NCBI GenBank assembly: GCA_951406725.2
Contig: OX597821.1
Coordinates: 48,546,001 to 48,610,000, forward strand
Reading direction: 5' to 3'
Length of the DNA stretch: 64,000 nt
Origin: Octopus vulgaris
Lineage: Eukaryota
The first letter of the stretch is position 1, and each line of letters starts with the position of its first letter. The notes beneath the pieces were generated by a model. It ran no database searches and was not told where the DNA came from. It worked only from the letters and a program-made list of their open reading frames with translations. Below, one piece after another: positions 40,163-52,619 of the stretch. A program made the translations under genes and the position numbers.

Positions 40163-41111
40163 TTCGGTGTTTCTATACATTAGGTTACTATCTTTGTTGT
40201 GAATATTTGTTTTTTCATTGCTGATCGTTTTAGCATTTGTGTTTATTTGTTACGATCCTTGCATGCTGTTTTTGACATTAATTTTCCTTGCTTCGTTTTC
40301 CTTATTAACTTTATTTACATTGACGACTCTTGTTTCGTTACTATTAGGTAATACATTTACAGTATAGTTAATATCCTTTTCGTAGAAATAATTTAATCTT
40401 TTCGCATTTTGCTCTGCTATTATTTGCGCCATGTTTCTTTAATTTGAGAAAGCTATTCTTATTTTATACAAATTGAAAATTCTGTAATATTTGCTACTCT
40501 TAAGAAAATGTTCATTAACAGCGGAATGAAATAATTTCAGAATTTTAGTGCTAATTTGTTTATCAAAGGGAGTCATGAACCATTCTGCATTATCATTAAG
40601 TCTATTTTCATAGACATTATTATTATTTATACTAGCGTGTTCTTCTTATGTATTTTGTTTGTATCTTTATTCTCCTTTTTTTATTATATTCGCTATGTAT
40701 TATATTGTTGCTTTTTAAAATTTTATTTCGTAATACTTCGGTTTATATTCCCATTATTATTTCTGTTATATAACTTTTTATCGAAGTTGTTATTAATCGG
40801 ATTCCCTTTTATTTTTTGCGGTTCGGTTTTATTAGCATCATTGATATTCTTCCCTATACTATGTACAAATTCATTTTTCCTATTTTTGTATTACTATTAT
40901 AGACTTTATTATTACCCTTGAATTTTGGCTTATTTTTCTTATTAACCTCGTTGTTTGAATGGTTTATTTTTGTTTTTGTTTTGGGTATTTTTTGTTAAAT
41001 TTCAGTTTTTTTCTTTATCTCCGGCCTTACTAAATGCTAGGTTATAATAGTGGCCATGCTGGGGCACCGCCATTCTTCTAAAAAATGTGGAACGCTTCAC
41101 GAATTTGCGTG

Positions 41112-41194
<83 letters not shown>

Positions 41195-41487
41195 TAGACA
41201 TAAACTTGACTTATATATGTAGACACTTATATATGTAGACACAAACTTGACTATATATCCTACTTTTCTACACTGTTAAGTTCGAACTTTTGTGGAAAAT
41301 ACCTGGTTAGGTGGGGAATTCCAGACGCCTAGAGAGCCGGGAAGGAATATTTGGATAAGTATTTTAGTTAGGTTGGGACAGAAGTAGTACTTAGGAAGGG
41401 GAGAAGCTATTGTTGTAGTAACTGAAGAGCAAGTAAGATACAAGAGCACATTTTGGAGCCTCTGTGTTTGTATGTGTGTGCGTGTGC

Positions 41488-41563
<76 letters not shown>

Positions 41564-41681
41564 CTGCAACACCTTCCAATAAGCTAGAACATTATTGAAA
41601 TGTGCACTGAACTTCATTCAGCCATGTAGAAATCAGCAACCAAAAGGAAGTAAATTTTGCAATTAATTTTTGAAAAGATAA

Positions 41682-42075
41682 TCTATATATATAAAACTGT
41701 AGTTGTGTGAGTGTCTGTCCTCTTCGATTTAGATTCCTAACTACTCCCACATTTTGCGGTGCAGTTTAACCAAAACCGGGTATCTTATAGTCGTGATTCA
41801 TATCGAGCCCTTCTGGGTATTAGCGCGCGTCTACGATGAGTCTACGATTTTAAAAATAATTTACCATCATTTTTTTCCATTTTCATGCATATTTTTTTAA
41901 AGGGAAGTAACTCTCTAAAAATGTCTACAATGAGTCAACGATTTAAAAAAAATTTACCATCATATTTTTTCCATTTTTAATGCATTTTTTTTGCTATTTT
42001 TTGGCTATAACTCTCTAAAAATGCTGTATAGTTATTTCCCTTACAAACCCGAGCAACGCCGGGCGATACTGCTAG
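41682..42075 (+). mobile_element. Non-autonomous Helitron
   Basis: A|TC...CTAG|T boundaries, subterminal hairpin cccg-agcaacgc-cggg, internal tandem duplication. Confidence 0.85.
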
Positions 42076-43089
42076 TAATATATATAAAGCTGAACTTTGG
42101 ATATGATTTGTGATTTTGTAATCATCATTCGTAGCGATTTGGGGATGGGGTTTATGTTGCTAAACTGCACTAGATTTATCGGTTCTCATCTACTCCACCC
42201 CCAGAGATATCCATGCCAAAAGCTACAAACGGAGTTTGTAAGTTGACAGGTACTTTTAATGAAAGAATTAGCTACTTGAGTAATTGTCAACTATATGATA
42301 CAACTGTTTAATATTGACGTCTTCTTTATCTAGGTTACAATGTATGATGTAGACAATTCGTACTGATGGCTAACTGCGTGCTTTAGTTAAAACATCAACT
42401 AGTTATATCACTGCTCATTTTTTTTTTTACATCAGGCTATTCATAAAAACGATATATTTTAAAAGTATAAATGTGCTATAAAACTCTAAATGTCTAGCAT
42501 TTATGCTGCTCTTGCTATAGAGAGAATTATTAACGGTTGTCAAACTAGCACCAATACGCAAATTATCTTAACTATGTATGAACCAAATAGTATTTATATA
42601 TAGCTATAAGCTATTATTTTCTTAGCAGAATGATGGACGCAATCAAAAATTCAATAAAACAAAAAAATTCAGTTTTTCTGCTATCTATAGTGTTTTACTA
42701 AGAGCTTGTAGTTTATAATAATATATACCCTGCAGCAATGTTACACACACACACACACACACACTGTTGCTGATTGTATGTATATGCACATGTATGTGTA
42801 GTAAGCAAAAACATTTTAACAAAAGTTACTTTCCCTGGGAAGAGAGAGAGATGAAGTTTCAATGACTGATGGTTCTGAAAATTGATCATTACAAGAGTGT
42901 GAGAAATCTCAGATATGAAGTAATTAGAATTTCAGTTAGACATGTAATTATTTGTTGAGTTTATATTTACCTCTCTTTATTGCAATAGGATTTTTAATTA
43001 AATGGTGTACTTTCTCTCACTAAGATGTAAGATGTAACGCCCACTTAACTATTGTTTCATGTACATAGAGTTCCTAGATAATTCCTGTC

Positions 43090-43127
<38 letters not shown>

Positions 43128-44278
43128 GCGAGTTGTCATTTTTACTTGCTGAAACATTATCAGTTTATAGACGCGAACAGAAAGAAGGCTCAAATCAAAT
43201 TCAACCTAAGAGATTTTTTCATTCAACAACTGGTAACGTCAATGGATACGGACACGGTGTTGGCAGGATGCTGGTGTCACACTGACAGTAAACTGTAGGC
43301 TAGTATCGCCAGAGACATCAATTTCTTGTAATTTGCACCGATCGTGGTGAAATTAGTAGGAACAATCATGTGATACAGCAGTGTCTGAACACATTAGTAA
43401 CAGAAATCATTGTGTGGGAGGACCGTTTTGATGGTGTTCAATTACAAATTGAGATCGCTTGACTAGCACGAGTAGGAGGTCGTCTATACAGGCAAGCAAT
43501 ACCTATATGCCTGACCTTGCGTGTGGGTCAACTAGGTCCTGAGAGATATACCTGGGTTATAAGCAGTTAGAGGCTTAAATTTCATTAAAACAGGGAACCT
43601 TTTGTGGCAGTAACAATGATTCCCACATTACTGGCATGGAGTTTGTGACTGCTAACTCTGCTGCCATGAGAAACTGCATATAATCCGTCAGTCAATAGTA
43701 TTCAACAAAATTTAAAAAATAGAATGAAGCATCTAATATTGTAGACAAGCTGTCACTGAAATGACGCCACTGAATTTACCGCACTGCAGCCTGCCGTCAA
43801 AACGGTGCAAACATCCTGTCTGTAATGGTCCCCCAAAATAAGGTAACTGATTTTACTTCGGTAGCATTATAACCACGTGATTTGAACTGATGAGTAGTGG
43901 CATAAACAGCTAGAAGCAATTAGAAGTTTTTAGACAATCTCCTCAGTCTCCAAACACCTGAGGAGATTGACGCGCCTTACATGCCCACCTGATTCAATTT
44001 AATTCAAACCAAATGTGCTGAGTGCTACTTTTCTTTGTTTGTTTACTAACTTCTATACACACACACAAACACACATACATAAATCAATCACCTAATCTCT
44101 CTCTCTCTCTCTCTCTCTAAAAGTGACCACAGGTGCAGTGAGCACCGGCATTGCTAGAAATAAGTCATAGACTCTTTAGCTACATAAAGCACATGTTCCA
44201 TTACATGGAAATTAATACTCTTCAGTAACGTTCACTCCATTGAAGGTTGTGAAGCTGAATTCTCGCCTTTTGTTAAAG

Positions 44279-44387
<109 letters not shown>

Positions 44388-44492
44388 CTTTGCCTTTTGA
44401 CCTACAGCTTTAAAAAATAATTTTTCGTAACTAAACACTTTCAAACTTCGGACACTGGTAGAATGTGTTATATAAAACATCTTTTACTCTTA

Positions 44493-44560
<68 letters not shown>

Positions 44561-44617
44561 AATTATGTAAGAAAATGGAGAGATTTAATGGATATAAATT
44601 AATCTATTTATTAACAT

Positions 44618-44717
44618 TGCATACAATTGTTTCAATTTACACACAGTACAAATTACAATCATATAGAATAAAATAAGTTTGCATTTTGAAAATTTAGAGC
44701 AAAGTATCATCACAGCA
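44618..44717 (-). ncRNA. Hammerhead-like motif (left arm of inverted pair)
   Basis: Minus: GTGATGA-tactttgctctaa...-GAAA-caattg-TA-tgca. Confidence 0.55.
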
Positions 44718-45187
44718 AAAGGACATTAACGAAGCTACATGTTGATCGGTTTAGGAACTCCAACTAAGTAGATGAAAGTATGTTTAGTTATTTGTGTATA
44801 TGTGTATTAATATTTTTTTAAATATAATAATAATAAACTAAAGTATATAAAAATATATTAAAATATAAAATATAAAAATAAGTAAAAGTAAATAATGAAT
44901 CATAATAAAAATAAAGATAATAAAATATTCAGACAACGATAAGGTATACAGACAAAGATAAAATAATAAAATATAATAATAAAAGGTAACAATATAATAA
45001 AGATAAATAAAAATAAATACTAAAATGACTGAAATAAAATGAAAATAAAATGAAAATAAAATTATACATATATATTATATTTAAACAAAATTATTAACTC
45101 ACACACAAATTACTAAAGATACTTTCATCTACTTACTCTTCTGGAGTATTTCAACAGACCAATATGTAGCCTCCTTTATGTACTTTC

Positions 45188-45284
45188 GCCCTGATAACAT
45201 TTTGCTCTAAATCTTTAAATGCAAGCATATTGCATTCTATATGTTTGTAATTTGTATTGGGCTGAAGTTGAAACAATTGTAGGC
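45188..45284 (+). ncRNA. Hammerhead-like motif (right arm of inverted pair)
   Basis: gcc-CTGATAA-cattttgctctaa...-GAAA-caattg-TA-ggc. Confidence 0.6.
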
Positions 45285-45311
45285 AATGTTAATAAATAAA
45301 TTAAATTATAT

Positions 45312-45447
45312 CCCTAACCCTAAACCCTGACACTAACCCTAACCCTAAAACCCTAACCCTAAAACCTTAACCCTAAACCTAAACCCCTAATCCTAACCCT
45401 AAAACCCTAACCCTAACCCTAAAACCCTAACCCTAAAGCTAAAACCT
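45312..45447. repeat. Interstitial telomere-like (CCCTAA)n, degenerate
   Basis: ccctaaccctaaaccct...aaaaccctaaccctaa. Confidence 0.88.
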
Positions 45448-46002
45448 GTACAAACGCACGAACGATGTCATAAATAATAATGACAAACGAAATATACACC
45501 GCTGGAAGTTGTTGTTGACAAACAACAGCAGTAATTTTATTCAGCTGAATACACGTCATTGATTGGTTGAAATTACCGAAATACGACAACCTTAACAAGA
45601 AATAACTTTGAAAATAGAAACTTTTCTCAACAACACTGAGAGTAAAAGATGTTTTATATGACACATTCTACCAGTGTCTGAAGTTTGAAAGTGTTTAGTT
45701 ACAAAAAATTAATTTCTCCATCTGCCGTTGAAAGGGAAAAGATCCAATTTTAATTTTAATGTATTAATTGACTTATATTTCGTATATAATTATTTAACAT
45801 ATGTATTTGGAATCTGTCCTTCGATTTAAGATTTTCTTCGATTTTACAGTAGGATGAATTTATACTGAATTTATTTTGCTCATTGCATGCTTAAGACCGT
45901 TAGTCGAAAGGACCAATGAAATAAAACCATTTTCAAAGGTGTATCCTTTAAACTAGTTTTTGTTTTTGTTTGATTATATCATCATTTCTGTTCCATTCTT
46001 AC

Positions 46003-46048
46003 AAAACTGTCCTACGAACGGGAACGTGAAACTCTGAGTAACAGTTTT
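46003..46048 (+). ncRNA. Minimal hammerhead-like motif upstream of a Penelope ORF
   Basis: aaaactgt-CCTACGA-acg(ggaa)cgt-GAAA-ctctgag-TA-acagtttt; 8-bp stem I; core mutated at positions 4-5. Confidence 0.6.
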
Positions 46049-46199
46049 TGTGATATTTTTGCTGCTTTTAAATAAAGCATATTACTCTACCTCTGGTATT
46101 TGAGTACTCTTTTTCTACCTTGTTTCACATTTATGTGCTTCCTCCGTTGTAATCCGCTCCTTTTGTTGAAAGTATGAGCGACTCTACATAAGTAGGAAG

Positions 46200-47760
46200 A
46201 AGAAATAGCTGAAAGAGATGGAACCCTAACCATTGGATTTTTTCCTAAAATACCATAAAGCTTATTTTAATAGAAAAATGTAGATTGATCAATCCGCCTA
46301 AAACTGAAATAGGTGTTATTAGCAAATATATTTAGATCGTATTTTAACTAAGACAGTGAATTAAATTTACGGATTTGGAAAAATAGCAAGTCAGCAATAG
46401 ATTGGTTTAAAGGGATTAGCCATAGGCATAACTGCAATTTTACACAGTTTGATATTGTTGACTTTTACTCGTCAATATCCAGGCCTTTGCTTCTAAAAGC
46501 ATTAAACTTCGCCAAGCAGTATGCCAGCATTGATGATTCAGAAATAGATATTATTTCTGAATAATACATGTAAGGAAATCCCTTCTTTTCTACGAGGATT
46601 CTATTTGGGTCAAAAAGAGTGAGGATTCTCTTTTTGATGTACTGATGGGGGTATACGATGGGGCTGAGTTATGTGTGCTCATAGGAGCTTATATTTTGCA
46701 TAATCTAAATCTAGAATTCCCGTTTATAGACGCAGGATTATACAAAAATGACGGCCTCAGAGTCAGCCATAATTTAAACGGCCACGAATTAGATAAGCTT
46801 AGGAAGGATCTAATTGCTTTCTTCCAAAGGATGGGCTTGCGGATTACGATTGATAGTAAACTTAAAAGTATAGATTTCTTAGATATAAATTTAGATTTAC
46901 TGTTAGATAAATTCAAACCTTACCGGAAGCCTAATGAGACGCTATTTTATATTAGTAAAGAATTCAATCATCCACCAGTCTTTCTTAGGAACCTAGTCAG
47001 TAATGTAGTTAGACGAATATCGTCAATTTCTTCGGATGAGACAGCCTTTCAAAATGCTGCATCTTATTACATAACGCATTAAGGAATAGTGGATTCTCTG
47101 AAGAGATCCAGTATAACCAAGTTAATGCCAGCAGTAATACCACACGTAGAACTAGAAGTAAGAGGGTTTTGTGGTTAAACCCAACTTTTAATATGGCCGT
47201 AAAAACTAATATTGGTAGGGAATTCTTAGAATTAGTCTCTAAATATTTTCAACCTAACCATAAGTTTTGCAGAATATTTAACAGAACACAGTGCCGATTC
47301 TAATCCGAAGAATTGCAATCGCAAAGATGAGCCCTCCTGTCCGTTGGAAGGAAAATGTCTGGAGAAAGGGATTGTCTATAGGACCAAAGTACAAATAGAA
47401 GGCTCACATGAATACAAAACATACACAGGGGCTTCAGAAATTTCTTTCTAGACGATATTTTATTTCCATAGAAATTCCTTCCGGTATCCCGAAAATAGAA
47501 CAAAGACCAGTCTGGCAAAACATGTCTGGGAATTGAAAGAAAATGAAATCTGTTCTTTCAACGCTACAGGGAAAATTTTAGATAAAGCATCAGCTTACAG
47601 ACATGGTGCTCATAAAAGACCCATCAAATGTAATTTATGCCTTTCGGAAAAATTATTTTATTCCAAGACAATAGCTCTTTGAATCAAAGACGTGAACTCT
47701 TAAATTCCTGCAGGCACGCAACAAAATTTAAAATGTCAGCCGACAAAATAACACATGGAT
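46200..47760 (+). mobile_element. Penelope-like retroelement RT plus GIY-YIG, frameshifted
   Basis: RLINPPKTEIG, QFDIVDFYSSI, MGVYDGAELC, GLYKNDGL, FLDI..YRKPN..NHPP, CPLEGKCLEKGIVY, CNLCLSEK. Confidence 0.9.
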
Positions 47761-49269
47761 AGTATATAGTTTTTGAATCTTTAACTAGTTTCCAGTACAA
47801 CTGTTGAATTCGTGATTTGTATTGTATGGTTGTTTCGCATAGCAATGATATTGAATGTATTTCGATGTATTCTTTAAAAAAGAATCATTATATATGTTAT
47901 CTTCAAGTTTAAGCTTTTATTATTTTATTTTATTTTATTGTATTTTACAAACCTACTTAATTGTTATACTTATAGATAATTCTATGCATGGTGCTGCATT
48001 TTGAAAATGTCTTTTATAATATATACTGAACAATTTTTTTAAAAAACGTTGTTTGTATATATAGATATATGTTGGGATCTAGATGTATTTTTATGTGGAT
48101 GTGTGTATTGTAGGCATGCATATGTATTTGTATGCGTGCGTCCGTGTATGGTTATATTTACGTACATAGTACATGGTCGTACATGTATACGTGTATACAC
48201 TTATATTTGTGTGAATATGTATTTACGTATATACTTCTGTATATGTATATACGTAATCACATGTGTATTTGTATGTTAATATATATTTATGTATGTATAT
48301 GTGTAATTTTATTTTATGTGTACCCCCGTTACATATGTATTGGATCTTGCATGTATTAAGTGGATTCGATCCACCATAACCAAATTTAAATTAACACTAC
48401 AACAGAACTTTTCCCACGGTGGAACAATAGTGTTTCTCTGACAGCAGTTTTACATTTTCCAGATTGCCTTTAGCTAGGCCGAAATAATGTCTTCACCACT
48501 TGACCCTTTCTAACCTCTTCTACTCCTCCAAAAGCTAGAATAGAGATAACAAGACCGCCAACTAAATCTCAATGATATATCTATCTTTCTGGATAGTTAT
48601 AAAAGCAAGAACACCCCAAGCAAAAATCAGTCGCTGACGACTCAATGAGTCCAGTCACATGGTAACGAGTCAACCAAGTAGTCACTTGGCGACAACTGAG
48701 CAAAGCAGCTCGTGACGATTCAATTAGTTAGGGAACGGACTGCTAGAATCATGATCACAAGGAATGCAGCTACTAAAGATAATGGTCAGCGAAAGAAATG
48801 AAATTTACTGCCAGCAACTGTGAGACAACACCCTACAACTCTCACAAGCTCTAATTCTGTTCTCTTACAACATCATTTTATCTCTCTCCGTAATTACTAC
48901 TAAACAATGAAGAGAACACAAACACAAACTTTATTTCGCATGCTTTTGGATTTATCATAACCTGCCCGTCGAGGCAAGGTATTGTAACGTAACGGTAAAT
49001 AAATACTCTCTTAAAACTTCATGCATTCTTCATCTTTCACATCCTACAGTATGCAATTATAATAACAAATTTTTATCGTTACACATATATTTCGCGATCT
49101 ATCTTTCTTTCTTTTCTCTTCCTACTGGATACTCTGCTAGCGTCTTTAACACACTCCTTTTCTTTTTCTTCTTTTTCTCTTTTTCCCTTTCTCTCGCTAG
49201 ATTTTACGTTTCTGTTTCTGTTTCTTTTAATTTTTCTTTCCTTCCTCTCTAAGCTTAATGTATACAATG

Positions 49270-49352
49270 GCCCGGGAACAGGGGGTGCAGCGGATACACC
49301 TGCACCCCTTGGAATTTTCAGGTGGTGCAACATCAAAATTTGTACCCCCTAC
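49270..49352 (+). mobile_element. Possible DNA-transposon terminus
   Basis: GC-rich ggcccgggaacagggggtgcag...tgcacccc hairpin-like end; partner TIR not found. Confidence 0.3.
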
Positions 49353-50149
49353 ATAATTTTACCAGTTTCAGAAAATAGTGTCTAACAAATTATCTGTATA
49401 AAATGCTTGAAGCTAGATTTCGTTTCAAAGCAAAAACAAAGAACAAAAATAAATAAATAAAAGTGATGAAGCTGGGCTTAAAATTCCCAAGGGAATTTAT
49501 GACTAACCAACTTCTGAAGCAAAGTAGCATAAAAAAAAAGGTATGTGACAACAACAACAGTAGCAGCAAACAACAAGAACAACAATATGACCAGCATCTA
49601 CGGCTACTCTTCAATACATAGCATTACTTGGATTCTTGAAGACAGCTCTATTCTGACAAAAATAACTCCAAAATCTTGCAATGCTGAAAATGTGTGAAGG
49701 TTCTAGTCCTCTCTCAGTCTGTCACCTCTCTCAAGTTCTTTGTAGTTGATGTTGCTAAAGACTGACGACATGGTTGAATGGATTCGACTGTTTGACCTCA
49801 GCCTAAAAATAAAAGCCCTTTAAAAATTCTTTCAGTCATATCGGTTTTCTCATTTAGGTTGTTAAGTCTAAAGTTTGACGAGGGAACAAAATGATTTATT
49901 TTTATCTTTGATATTTAATGCTCATTGTTAAATGCTTTGATACTTATTGCTCATTCGAAATACTAGCCCACTTTAATAAAAAAAGATTTTGAAGGGAAAC
50001 ATTTAACTATAAATGATTGCAGACCAACCCCGAAATGACCTAATTTGCAAAGAAATGTATTCGACAATTTCAGACTAATTTATATAAAAAGGAAATGATA
50101 TTAAAAGCATTACCTACCGTCATCCTGACGCGGTTAACCACGAAGATAA

Positions 50150-52615
50150 CTTCAGAGGTGCTTTTTTTTACTCACATGTCTAACCCTAGCTGAGGCCAGC
50201 ACACAGGCTAATATGCTTTTAACAGGGGTTTTTAATTTTACTAATCTTAGCTGGTCCGAGGATTATATCCAGCCTGGAACCAAGCAACTGATGTGGAGGG
50301 ATATGAACCCTTTCCTCGATACAGCAAAAGACTTTCCCATACAACAAATTATTACCTGTCCAATTAGAGGAAAATAGCATACTGGACTTTGTTTTTATTC
50401 ACAATGTTCATGTCATTCCCACAGCTATTTCCAACCAAAGCATTATACAATTATCTGTATATGGTACAAAGAAATATCCGACACGCAGCATGGATTTCTA
50501 CCCTGAAGATCTTGCCTAACAAATCTTCTCCTTCTTGAAGAATGGATTACAAGGACCATGGATGCAAAAGACTTGGTGGGCGTGGTATTTTTGGACTTCG
50601 CAAAGGCATTAGACTCCGTTAATCACTGACTTCTCTTGCGCAAACTTCGAGCATTCAAGATTCATTCATTGTTGACTTTGTGGATTTCTTCCTTCCTGAG
50701 CTATCGAACCTTTTGGGTGCAGATAAATGGAGATCTCTCAGCAGAGACGAATGCATGCAGCGGCGTTCCCCAGGGGTCGGTGCTGGGGCCAATACTTTTC
50801 CTTCTCTATATCAACGACCTGTCAGATTTTCTTGATGGAAGAGTTCTCCTATTTGCAGACGACGTCAAACTTGTCTCACCTAGGAATCAATATGACATAC
50901 TCCAATTGTCGCTGAACCGAGCTTGGAATTGGGCGGAAGAATGGAATCTGAACTTGAACGCCTCAAAATGCAGCCATTTGCCAATAGGTTCACCTCCAAA
51001 CTCTCCCTTGACTACTGGTCACAAACATCAACATCTTAAGATTGTCACTGAAGACAAGGATCTCAATATAATAATCGATACTACTTTCAAACTACCACGG
51101 CAGGGTATCGAGGCGGCGAACAAAGCCAGAAGGAATATTTTCCCCATCCACCGATCCTTTGCTAACCTTTCAATGGACGTCTTTTGGCCTGTATATATCA
51201 CTCTGGTTCGACCCATCCTCGAATATTACATCCATACCTCAAACCCACATCTCCAGAAAGACATTCAGCACCTGGAATGGGTTCAGTACTTGGCCACCCG
51301 AATGGGCGCGGGCTTGTCTAAGCTTGCGTAAGAGGAACATCTCCGACGGCTAGCATTGCCTTCACTCAAACGACGGAGGATGCAGGGAGATCTCATCCGA
51401 CTTTCAACATCTTCAACGGACATGTAAACCTACCATTTGCGGAGATTTTCACCCCTGCGCCGGATAGAGGTCTTCGTGGGCATGATCGCAAACTCTATCC
51501 CCGACACTTTTGTTTCCACAGACGGAAGGCCGCATTCTCTGTCCGTATCGCAGCCCCGTGCATAATCCGAGCGAATTCTATGATCCCACAACTCAAGTGC
51601 AGTGACACAACTTAAAATTAATATCATGGAAGTTGATATACTTGCGGCTATTAATGATTTAGGCCCAAACTCAGCATCTGTACCAAATAGTATTCCAGTT
51701 ATATTGCTAAAAAACGTGCAAAAACTACCTCATGAAATCATTAAAGGTAATGTTTCAAAAGTCGCCAGATACCGCCATATTCCCGAGACTATTAAAAGAA
51801 GCTATAATAAAATCTATATAGGTACAAAGGAAGTAGCAGTGCTGAAGCTAAAAATTACAGACCTGTTTCCCTCACGTCTTACACGTCTAAAATTATCCAA
51901 TGCCTTGTCCTTAGACAAAAAGTAATAACATACCTAGATGACACTCGGTATAGGTTTCAGACTGAACGAAGTTGCCTGTCACAATTCTTACAGCATCATA
52001 ACACTACCTCTAATAATCTCTTAAGGGGAAAGATCATTGACTATTAAAACCTTGATATTGTTAAGGCGTTTGACAAGACTGATCATGGAATCATCTGTCA
52101 TAATTTAGGAAATCTTGGTATCACAGGAAAAGTCGGAGAATGGTTCTTTAACTCTCTATATGGTAGGAATCAACCTATAACTGCAAATGGATTTCTCTCT
52201 AAGTTACCTGTAATACGTCGTATACATCAGGGAATGAATTACACAAGAATATCGATGGCTAGGATCTAAACCAGAAAAAATACGAAAATTAGTTTCAGCT
52301 TCGTCATTACAAACGAATTTACCTAAATCGCAATATTTGACACAAGGAAACATAATGATTCAGAGCAATAATGACATACAAGACTTAGATGTAATCATGT
52401 CAAATGATGCATTTTCCATCAGCCATATTATCAAACTAACCTTTAAATGCAGCAAACTCATAGGCTGCATGCTACGAACATTCAGACAAGGGAACCGGTA
52501 GTAAGTTTTATTTTTAGGGAAAAACCCTAGTTCTAAGCAGTATAAATTACAGCTTAAATTTTACTATTCTTACTCAAGGGTTACAAGAAATGTTCACTGG
52601 TAAAATACCTAAAGT
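50150..52615 (+). mobile_element. Old degenerate CR1/Jockey-type LINE interrupted by a younger LINE
   Basis: APE-endonuclease remnants (GVFNFT, ILDFVF) at 50200-50450; RT remnants (SASVPNSIPVILLK, GFRLNRSC, KAFDKTDH, DLDVIM) at 51600-52500. Confidence 0.6.
50480..51560 (+). mobile_element. CR1-like LINE RT fragment
   Basis: VFLDFAKA, SGVPQGSVLGPILFLLYINDL, LFADDVKL, YITLVRPILEY, LEWVQ..ATRM, RRMQGDLI. Confidence 0.88.
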
Positions 52616-52619
52616 TAAA

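Larger units (their letters stand above)
38530..41060 (-). mobile_element. 5'-truncated Penelope-like element with Asn/Lys-rich linkers
   Basis: Minus: YYNLAFSKAG, WFMTPFDKQISTKIL, MAQIIAEQN, then CKIKETVFKCKV...YYYIGTCET.IKRRIVNH (GIY-YIG), LTR with hammerhead. Confidence 0.7.

Noticed and set aside
45312-45447. True chromosome end
   Set aside because: Short, degenerate and embedded within a TIR element with ordinary sequence on both sides
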